Of a stretch of 32,000 bases of DNA, positions 17,529 through 24,892 are shown piece after piece. A model generated the notes under the pieces. The model was not told where the DNA came from and ran no database searches. It saw nothing but the letters and a program-made list of their open reading frames with translations. The translations under genes were made by a program, and so were the position numbers. The first letter of the stretch is position 1, and each line of letters starts with the position of its first letter. Origin of the DNA: Candidatus Fokinia solitaria (lineage in GTDB: Bacteria; Pseudomonadota; Alphaproteobacteria; Rickettsiales; Midichloriaceae); NCBI RefSeq assembly GCF_003072485.1, contig NZ_CP025989.1, forward strand, positions 300,001-332,000. Reading direction: 5' to 3'.

Positions 17529-18515
17529 ATGCCACAGTTAAAAGCTTTAAAAAATAGACTAAGTGCAGTAATTTCGACACATAAGTTGACGAAAGCAATG
17601 CAGATTATTGCCGCTTCTAGATTTCAGAAATTGAAGAGCATGGTGTTTCATTCTGCAGATTATCTCTCTCATTTTCACGAAGTTATAGATAGTGTCATTG
17701 CATCAAATGATAGTAAGTACGCAAATCTTACAATTAGTGAATTATATAAAGGAAGTGAGCAAATAACTTCGAATATTGCGGTAATAGTACTCTTTTCAGC
17801 AGAGAAGGGATTATGTGGAAAGTTCGATAGTATCGTAATGAAGAAATTAAAATCTGCGTACAGCGATATATTACAGTCGACAGAGGTAGATACTATAAGA
17901 GTTGTATGTTTTGCTAAAAGAGTGATCGAGAATGCGAGACGTATAGGAGGGGAGAAGTTTAAGAATGTGAAAATTGAGTATGTTCTGCATCACGTTAATG
18001 TTGTGAAAGGCTTTGAAACCTTCAGAGATGATATAAGCAATTCTTGTGCTAAGTTTTGCAGCGATGCCAAATTCTTGTATGTAATGTACCCAGCTTTCAT
18101 TACAACAGTTCTGCAATTGCCATGTTTGATAAAATTGTTTCCTTTAGTTGATCAGGATAAAGAAAAATTTAAACAGGGTATATTTAACTTTCTTGATGAG
18201 AATACAGATCGTAATTTATATGATAGAGTAAGGAAAAATAGTGGTATTGCGAAGAAGGTATTCGCATTAGAACCATCATCTAGTATTGAGATATTAAAGA
18301 TGTTGATACCATCTTACTTTATAGCTTTATTTTATAATACTGCTTTAGAGGTATATGTAGGAGAGAATGCATCAAGGATGATTATGATGGACGCAGCTAA
18401 TAGAAATGCTGAAAAAATTCAGAAGAATTTACGTATCCAATATAATAAACATCGCCAAGCTGCGATCACGCAGGAGTTGATAGAATTGGCTTCATCTAGG
18501 AGTGTGCTTAATTAA
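17529..18515 (+). CDS. atpG: F1 ATP synthase gamma subunit (divergent; 328 aa, longer than I expect for this subunit)
   Basis: N-terminus MPQLKALKNRLSAVISTHKLTKAMQIIAASRF. C-terminus ENASRMIMMDAANRNAEKIQKNLRIQYNKHRQAAITQELIEL. The start is 2 nt after the nuoF stop. Confidence 0.9.
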   Translation: MPQLKALKNRLSAVISTHKLTKAMQIIAASRFQKLKSMVFHSADYLSHFHEVIDSVIASNDSKYANLTISELYKGSEQITSNIAVIVLFSAEKGLCGKFDSIVMKKLKSAYSDILQSTEVDTIRVVCFAKRVIENARRIGGEKFKNVKIEYVLHHVNVVKGFETFRDDISNSCAKFCSDAKFLYVMYPAFITTVLQLPCLIKLFPLVDQDKEKFKQGIFNFLDENTDRNLYDRVRKNSGIAKKVFALEPSSSIEILKMLIPSYFIALFYNTALEVYVGENASRMIMMDAANRNAEKIQKNLRIQYNKHRQAAITQELIELASSRSVLN

Positions 18516-19160
18516 GCGTTTTTTTAGCGAGAGAACTTCTCTTATAAGGCGATGAAAGAAGCGGTAGTGCATCGAAGCCGCGATTACGCAGGAGTTGATA
18601 GAATTGGCTTCATCTAGGAGTGCGCTTAATTAAGCGTTTTTTTAGCGAGAAAACTCCTCTTATAAGGCGATGAAAGAAGCGGTAGTGCATCAAGCTGCGA
18701 TTACGCAGGAGTTGATAGAGCTTGCTTTATCTAGGAATGCGCTTAATTAAGCGTTTTTTTGACGAGAGAACTTCTCTTATAAGGCAGCGAAAGAAGCGGT
18801 AGTGCATCGAAGCTGCGATCACGCAGGAGTTGATAGAATTGGCTTCATCTAGGAGTGTGCTTAATTAAGCGTTTTTTTTAGCGAGAAAACTCCTCTTACA
18901 AGGCGATGAAAGAAGCGGTAGTGCATCGAAGCTGCGATTACGCAGGAGTTGATAGAGCTTGCTTCATCTAAGAGTGTGCTTAATTAAGCGTTTTTTTGAC
19001 GAGAAAACTCCTCTTATAAGGCAGCGAAAGAAGCGGTAGTGCATCAAGCTACGATTACGCAGGAGTTGATAGAGCTTGCTTCATCTAAGAGTGTGCTTAA
19101 TTAAGCGTTTTTTTGACGAGAGAACTTCTCTTATAAGGCGATGAAAGAAGCAACGTAGCT
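18450..19160. repeat. Tandem array of six 117-120 bp units. Unit 1 is the native atpG 3' end and units 2-6 are non-coding copies.
   Basis: Units start at 18450, 18570, 18688, 18805, 18924 and 19042. Each carries ...ACGCAGGAGTTGATAGA..., the TAA stop, GCTTAATTAAGCG, T7-8, and a spacer ending GAAAGAAGCGGTAGTG. Homology decays at about 19151-19160. Confidence 0.92.
18506..18525 (+). terminator. Weak terminator-like element spanning the atpG stop codon, repeated in every unit of the downstream array
   Basis: Palindrome GCTTAATTAAGC (18506-17; it contains the TAA stop at 18513-15), then G and T7 (18519-25). The stem is short and AT-rich, so function is uncertain. Confidence 0.4.
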
Positions 19161-19560
19161 ATAAGAAACATAGTTGTGATGCCAAAAGATTCGATAAAGA
19201 TTTTCACTCGTAGTCTACCTTTCATTTTGAGTAAGCTGTTTCATTCTCTAAGTTTTCAAAATGCATACTTTTTCAAGAAGCATAGCGATATATCACTTCT
19301 TTTCATATCGCTACTGGCGCTTTTAGATATCAATGATCTCAATCATTTTATGTGATATCTGCTTCTTGTCTCTCCTCTATCTACTACTGCCTTCTAGTGG
19401 CTTTTTTTATTCACAAGCTTAGACATAGATGCATTATACATTTCAGATCATGTATTTACTCGAAGGGTATAGCTTGCATAAGTGCTGCACTATCAGTACA
19501 GCAAGTTGTAGCTTACAATCGTGAAAAGTACTGTGAACGAATGCGTTTTTCATACGAACG

Positions 19561-21378
19561 TTATCCTTTCAGCTTTAATCCTACTGCAACAGCCCATCCT
19601 GAATCTCCAGTAATACCATTTTGCAGAGTAGGATTCTTTTGTTTTGACGATAAGCTAAAATGATCACATGATAAATAGCAGCTAACAATTGGTAAGAGCT
19701 TTCTGTCATACGCAAAAGAAACAAACTGACTTTTGTTGCCATCTTCAAAGTTTTCCTTCGGCATACCAGTTAATACTTGGTACATTTGCTGTTGTCTTAA
19801 TCCATTTGCATTACCGTAAAGGTATGTGATGCTTACTCCGTTTTTATTGCCCGTATAAGAAGCACCAGCTGAAATGTAATAACCTGTAGTTGGTGAGATT
19901 GAAATCGCATTATTAGATATCACTTTTCCGTTTATTTTAGCAGCGGCAAAATTACCTGTAGAGCCATAATCACCGTATCCTAGCGCTAATGCGTACTTCT
20001 TTTTATACGTAAGTAATCCTCCAATTGCTATTGCATTACCTCCATTTCTCTCCAATTCTAAATCTTTGATTATGGTCTCACCTTCCTTTATATCGAATTT
20101 TATATCTTCGACTGTAACATTACCTTTCTGTAATTTTCTGACGTTACCTTCCTCATCTTCCTTTGGTTGCATTGTGATAGTATCCTTATCTTTCTTTAAT
20201 CCTAAATCTTCTCTTATAATTTTCATTTTTTCTACACTGCATATAGTGTTGAATTTGCGACAAAATTCTCCAACTAAAGAGACTTCGAATTCGAGATCTG
20301 CATTAATTCGTCCTGCGATTTTGCCACCGTATCCGATAACGTTTTGAAAGCCGTTCAAACTACCATCCGGTATAGATGTTATGCTTGAAAGAGTTCCTTT
20401 TACCTGCGTATCAGGAGTGAAAGAAGCGCCTATAGTTGTAGAAATATCTGAAAATTCAAATATTTTTGTCACAGAGATTTTATTCGCCTTTGGTGCTATA
20501 TTAGCTGGACCAGGAAGAGACGGAGAATCAACGAACGGCTGTAAGGTGAATAATGCTGTTATTGGTTTAGTGCTATCATATATACTACCATTTTTGTATT
20601 GTTGATTATACGGTGCTACAGCGGGGTACTGAATATAAAACGGCAGATCTCCACTCAGTCCCATTCCACCTTTTGCTAAGTTATTGGCAGATAATAGCAA
20701 CTCATTTTGCACACCTACTGTACTTCCAGCTTTTACTTTTATCTTATGTTCTACTGATTCACAGTACACGCATGCTTCTCCTGCAGTCATAACACCACCG
20801 CCAGATGTAGGTCTTGATACGTTTGCATATAGCGAGAGATTACCGCCGTACTTTAACCCCTGATGCAAAACGCTTACGTCAACGACTACGTTATTGAAGT
20901 TTACCAAACCGCTAAAATCGCCCCATCTTGATGGATTGCCAGGACTCATTAAATTGTAAGGGTATACTTTCTTTTTGAAAAAGTCGCTTTTATCGGTAGT
21001 ATCATACTCTTCTAGTAATGCATCGGCACTCTTAAAGATACCATCATTCATTACAGCGCCGTACTGCACGTTGAGAACAGGCTTAACAAGGATTTTTACC
21101 TCTTCTTTTCCTACTGTAATTTGTTGCGAGAGAGAGCCAGCTTTATCTTGAATAGACGTAGTATTAGATGAGTTATTCAAGTTAAGCATCTCATTGGAGA
21201 TAAGTGCTTGTCCATTGCCATATTGCGGCTTTTCTGCTTTTGTGATCTCAATAACCTCGGTCGTTGTCTGTGGTTTATTCACTGAAGGATTGCTGTTTGT
21301 ACCTGCGGCACTACTTAGTGTCGTGTAGAAGGATCCGCAAATAGCCACTGTTGCGAATCTAAAAAAGCCTTTTCTCAT
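19561..21378 (-). CDS. Secreted protein of unknown family, probably an outer-membrane beta-barrel or porin-like surface protein
   Basis: Signal peptide MRKGFFRFATVAICGSFYTTLSSAAG. Gly/Asn/Ser/Thr/Tyr-rich with alternating-hydrophobic strands (AIAIGGLLTYKKKYALALGYGDYG, GYYISAGASYTG, VSITYLYGNANG, GWAVAVGLKL). One long charged segment. I recognise no family motif. Confidence 0.55.
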   Translation of the reverse strand: MRKGFFRFATVAICGSFYTTLSSAAGTNSNPSVNKPQTTTEVIEITKAEKPQYGNGQALISNEMLNLNNSSNTTSIQDKAGSLSQQITVGKEEVKILVKPVLNVQYGAVMNDGIFKSADALLEEYDTTDKSDFFKKKVYPYNLMSPGNPSRWGDFSGLVNFNNVVVDVSVLHQGLKYGGNLSLYANVSRPTSGGGVMTAGEACVYCESVEHKIKVKAGSTVGVQNELLLSANNLAKGGMGLSGDLPFYIQYPAVAPYNQQYKNGSIYDSTKPITALFTLQPFVDSPSLPGPANIAPKANKISVTKIFEFSDISTTIGASFTPDTQVKGTLSSITSIPDGSLNGFQNVIGYGGKIAGRINADLEFEVSLVGEFCRKFNTICSVEKMKIIREDLGLKKDKDTITMQPKEDEEGNVRKLQKGNVTVEDIKFDIKEGETIIKDLELERNGGNAIAIGGLLTYKKKYALALGYGDYGSTGNFAAAKINGKVISNNAISISPTTGYYISAGASYTGNKNGVSITYLYGNANGLRQQQMYQVLTGMPKENFEDGNKSQFVSFAYDRKLLPIVSCYLSCDHFSLSSKQKNPTLQNGITGDSGWAVAVGLKLKG

Positions 21379-21401
21379 TGCAAAAATACATTTATGCGAC
21401 T

Positions 21402-21430
21402 ATTTATTCGCAATGCGAAATGAATGTCAA
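21402..21430 (-). promoter_or_regulatory. Candidate sigma70-type promoter of the 605-aa gene, with a palindrome in its spacer
   Basis: Minus strand: TTGACA (21430-21425), 17-nt spacer, ATAAAT (21407-21402), about 24 nt before the ATG. The -10 is a poor match to TATAAT. The palindrome TTCGCA-n-TGCGAA (21407-21419) overlaps the last base of the -10 and the -10-proximal part of the spacer. Confidence 0.35.
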
Positions 21431-21463
21431 TACTTTTCTTACAAAGTGTACATTAGATAACAT

Positions 21464-21958
21464 TCAATCTATTTCTGAGATGCAACATAAAGCGATTGCT
21501 ATAGCATCACTCTGATCCATCACAATTTTCGGAGAAATTTCCTCTATTTTGATGTCGAGATGTAAGCAAATATATTGCATGATCGTTTCTTTATCTGCAT
21601 TACCATTTCCAGAAATACGTTTCTTAATCGTTTTAGCTTGGTATTCTTTTATGCTGATATCATGCTCGCGACATGCAAGCATTGCGGCAGTTCTAGTTTG
21701 TGCCAATCTTATAGAAGTTTTTGCATTCTTGTTTACATACGTATTTTCTATTGCTGCAAAATCTATTGAGAAATATTTTATAACTTCCTTGAGTTGAGCG
21801 AATATATGATATAATCTCTCTGCATCATCTTGGTAGTTGGTACTCTGTATGATGCCGGATGCAGCATGGTGGATGTTGCGATTTTGTTTGTCTTTTACGA
21901 GGATAGCCCATCCGGTAGTACGTAACCCTGGATCTATCCCAATAACGTGATATGTCAT
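21464..21958 (-). CDS. ruvC: Holliday-junction resolvase RuvC. I prefer the start at 21958; the listed ORF extends to 22108.
   Basis: MTYHVIGIDPGLRTTGWAIL (catalytic Asp near the N-terminus, as in E. coli MAIILGIDPGSRVTGYG), AIENTYVNKN, DQSDAIAIALC. Confidence 0.9.
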   Translation of the reverse strand: MTYHVIGIDPGLRTTGWAILVKDKQNRNIHHAASGIIQSTNYQDDAERLYHIFAQLKEVIKYFSIDFAAIENTYVNKNAKTSIRLAQTRTAAMLACREHDISIKEYQAKTIKKRISGNGNADKETIMQYICLHLDIKIEEISPKIVMDQSDAIAIALCCISEID

Positions 21959-22769
21959 GATGAAGAAAAGAAGTAAGCGTAGTGCATACTGGATATATGG
22001 TAAGCATCCGGTAGTTGCTGCAATGCGTAATCCTGAACGTGAGAAGAAAATGCTTGTTATGACTGAATATGCAACGAGATTTTTACACGAAAGCGGTATT
22101 ACCTTCAATAATATACCGCATACTATAGTAGAGACAGTACAGGAATTTCGTGCTGCTACTGGTATGAGTGGTGATGTAGTGCATCAAGGGATTGCATTAC
22201 GCTCTGTGCCACTTAAGCAGATGTGTTTGGAGGAATTTTTAGAAATGAAGCTAAAAGAAGGTAGTGCGTTTTCTGTAGTGCTACTGGATAAAGTCACAGA
22301 TCCTCACAATATTGGTGCTATCATCAGATCATGTGCTGCTTTTGGTATTTGTGCAGTAGTGACTACAAGAATCGATTCTCCTGATGAAATGCCGATAATG
22401 TTGAAAGTTTCATGCGGTGGATTTGAGCAAGTATCCTACATTAAAGTGACGAATTTAGTGCAGGCTATTAATACTTTGAAAATGTTTAACTTTATTATCA
22501 TTGGATTAAGTGCTAACGGAGAAAAAGAAATCAGTGCTGTATACAATGAAATTCCTGGAGTGATAGAGAACGTAGCTTTAGTATTTGGAAATGAAGAAAT
22601 AGGGATGAGAGTATCTACCGAAAAAAGTTGCAACTTCATAGCTAAAATAGGTATGAATGAAGGCAGTGATATGCCAAGCCTTAATGTGTCAAATGCTGGC
22701 GCTGTTGTGCTATACACATTATCACTGCATAGACATACAGCGAAGCACAATGTGATGGAGTGTAAATAG
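21957..22769 (+). CDS. rlmB: TrmH/SpoU-family RNA 2'-O-methyltransferase (RlmB-like)
   Basis: N-terminal IYGKHPVVAAMRNPER (substrate-binding domain). SpoU motifs LLDKVTDPHNIGAIIRSCAAFG, ALVFGNEEIGM, SLNVSNAGAVVLY. Confidence 0.82.
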   Translation: MMKKRSKRSAYWIYGKHPVVAAMRNPEREKKMLVMTEYATRFLHESGITFNNIPHTIVETVQEFRAATGMSGDVVHQGIALRSVPLKQMCLEEFLEMKLKEGSAFSVVLLDKVTDPHNIGAIIRSCAAFGICAVVTTRIDSPDEMPIMLKVSCGGFEQVSYIKVTNLVQAINTLKMFNFIIIGLSANGEKEISAVYNEIPGVIENVALVFGNEEIGMRVSTEKSCNFIAKIGMNEGSDMPSLNVSNAGAVVLYTLSLHRHTAKHNVMECK

Positions 22770-22817
22770 CGTTTCTTTAGCGATAGTGCATTATGTTATT
22801 CAAAAGTAACATATCAT

Positions 22818-23447
22818 CTACTTACTCATAGCATTGATATAATCGTGAATAACATTAAGATTTCTAGATCTTTTGCATTTTTCAACGCTTAATATGTTCT
22901 TTACGGTATGTAGCGTCGTCTCCATATCATAGTTGAAGATTACATAATCATATTGATCATGATGAGAAATTTCTTCTTGAAACGCTTTGAATCTTGTAGC
23001 TATTTCAGTAGCAGTGCCACCTCTCTTAGAGAGTCTATCCAACACTTCTTCTTTACTTGGAGGTAATAAAAATACTCCAAATACGTTGTTTGGAAGAAGT
23101 GATTTTAACGCGATATAACCTTGTACATCAACATCAGATATTATATCTCTACCATTCATTATTTGCTCTTCTATCTGTACTTTTGAAGTGCCGTATAGAT
23201 TACCAAATACTTCAGCGCATTCTAGCAATTCTCCCTTATCTCTCAATTGTTCCATATACTCTCTCGTAACGAAATGATAACTCTCTCCATCAATTTCGTT
23301 TACTCTCTTGTTTCTTGTAGTAAATGATATAGAGAATCTCAAGTTATCTACTAACTTAGCTAACATTGTAGATATCGTAGTTTTTCCTGTGCCAGAAGGG
23401 CCTGAAACCACCATTACGACTCCAGTTTTTTTATTTTGCTCTTTCAT
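22818..23447 (-). CDS. gmk: Guanylate kinase
   Basis: VVSGPSGTGKTT, FTTRNKRVNEIDGESYHFV, AEVFGNLYGT, DVDVQGY, LPPS. The start lies 17 nt inside the glmM 3' end. Confidence 0.92.
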   Translation of the reverse strand: MKEQNKKTGVVMVVSGPSGTGKTTISTMLAKLVDNLRFSISFTTRNKRVNEIDGESYHFVTREYMEQLRDKGELLECAEVFGNLYGTSKVQIEEQIMNGRDIISDVDVQGYIALKSLLPNNVFGVFLLPPSKEEVLDRLSKRGGTATEIATRFKAFQEEISHHDQYDYVIFNYDMETTLHTVKNILSVEKCKRSRNLNVIHDYINAMSK

Positions 23448-24825
23448 GCTTTTTACTGCTTAGAATATCAACTAATGCGTTTACTATATAACCTATTTTA
23501 ATCATATCTCTCCCCTCTACCATTATTCTTACTACATTTTCTGTTCCGGAGCTACGTACGATTATCCTATAATCTTTATTTTGTGCTATAGTTTCTTGTA
23601 CTGCTTGCCATACATCTTGAGTATTGAGAGGATTGACATCTTCATGGTACTCAAAATTAAAAGTAGACTGTGGATAAAGTGGAAATTTGACAAGCATTTC
23701 ACTTGTAATTGCTTTTTGCTCTTGCATAGCGGAGAGGATGTACATTGATGCCGCCATTGCATCACTGCTTTGAGAAGAATTTTTAATCATTATATGCCCT
23801 GAAATCTCTCCTCCTACAAAAGCTTGATTTTCTACCATAGCTCTCATAACAGGAGTATCTCCAACGTCTGAGTATATGATATTAAAATTTCGAGACTTCA
23901 TATAATCACTGAAAGCGGCGTTACATAATTTAGTGATTACTACATTACGTGGAATAGAAGGAATAGAGTCCTTATATACGTAATCTGCTATGCATGCTAT
24001 CAGATATTCTCCGGATATAATGTTACCATTTTCATCACATACAGCTAATCGATCTCCATCTCCATCGAATGCAAAGCCTATATCAGCACCTACGTTCTTT
24101 ACCGTTTCTTGCAATGATGTTGTGTATAATGCGCCACAGCCTTTGTTGATGTTCAATCCGTTTGGCTCAACTCCTATTGCAATTACTTCAGCACCGAGTT
24201 CTTTAAATACAGTAGGCGCAACTTTATATGTCGCACCATTTGCGCAATCTACTACAATTTTTCTTCCGTCCAAAGTTAATTGCTTGGAAAAGACGTTTTT
24301 TACATGTTCTATGTATCGTCCATGTACATCTTCTATCCTTGAGACTTTTCCTATGTTATGCGAGGTAGCAAGATTGCTAAGCATAACATCTTCATCAATT
24401 ACAATGCTTTTCAATATTTCTTGTACTTCACGATAAATTTTTGCGCCATTTCTATCGAAGATTTTTACACCATTATCATCGTAATTGTTATGAGATGCCG
24501 TTATCATGATCCCTGCATCACATCTCATGGAGCGTACGAGGTATGAGATTGCTGGAGTAGGTATAGGACCAACAAGCTTTACATGTACTCCTACTGAAGC
24601 GAAGCCCGCTGTGATAGCACTTTCCAGCATATAGCATGAAAGGCGTGTATCCTTTCCTATGATGACTTTGTGAATGTGCTGACGTGGCACTTTCTCATAC
24701 TGCTTTAAGTATATTCCTATAGCTTGTCCAAGTCTCAAAGCTACGTCTGAGTTCATTACTTTGCCATTAGCAAATCCTCTAATACCATCAGTGCCAAAAC
24801 TGAAATTTTGAGAAAAAGGATGCAT
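23431..24825 (-). CDS. glmM: Phosphoglucosamine mutase
   Basis: FGTDGIRG, active-site ITASHNNYDDNGVKIF, Mg site AFDGDGDRLAV, GGEISGH, VRSSGTE. Confidence 0.93.
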   Translation of the reverse strand: MHPFSQNFSFGTDGIRGFANGKVMNSDVALRLGQAIGIYLKQYEKVPRQHIHKVIIGKDTRLSCYMLESAITAGFASVGVHVKLVGPIPTPAISYLVRSMRCDAGIMITASHNNYDDNGVKIFDRNGAKIYREVQEILKSIVIDEDVMLSNLATSHNIGKVSRIEDVHGRYIEHVKNVFSKQLTLDGRKIVVDCANGATYKVAPTVFKELGAEVIAIGVEPNGLNINKGCGALYTTSLQETVKNVGADIGFAFDGDGDRLAVCDENGNIISGEYLIACIADYVYKDSIPSIPRNVVITKLCNAAFSDYMKSRNFNIIYSDVGDTPVMRAMVENQAFVGGEISGHIMIKNSSQSSDAMAASMYILSAMQEQKAITSEMLVKFPLYPQSTFNFEYHEDVNPLNTQDVWQAVQETIAQNKDYRIIVRSSGTENVVRIMVEGRDMIKIGYIVNALVDILSSKKHERAK

Positions 24826-24892
24826 AAGCGAATGTGATGATAATGATAAAAGATACTATAAATTAGTGAAGAGTAAAAGAATCAGCATGCAT

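Noticed and set aside
18552-18617. Out-of-frame ATG mini-ORFs created at repeat-unit junctions (e.g. MKEAVVHRSRDYAGVDRIGFI)
   Set aside because: The frame differs between units because unit lengths are not multiples of 3, and the ATG is missing at the junctions after units 3 and 5. The only SD-like element is AAGG, placed too close to the ATG. Only the single in-frame case (18670-18750) is mentioned, under the array finding.
19352-19663. 103-aa plus-strand ORF overlapping the 3' end of the 605-aa gene
   Set aside because: It has a non-ATG start and Cys/Phe/Ile-rich nonsense composition, and a third of it is antisense to a well-supported CDS.
21959-22108. 50-codon N-terminal extension of the ruvC ORF
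   Set aside because: RuvC's catalytic Asp motif (IGIDPG) must be within about 10 residues of the N-terminus. The extension is hydrophobic nonsense and antisense to the methyltransferase 5' end.
22784-22803. Hairpin ATGTTA-N8-TAACAT between the convergent rlmB-like and gmk genes
   Set aside because: A 6-bp all-AT-rich stem without a U-tract, indistinguishable from chance in this composition.
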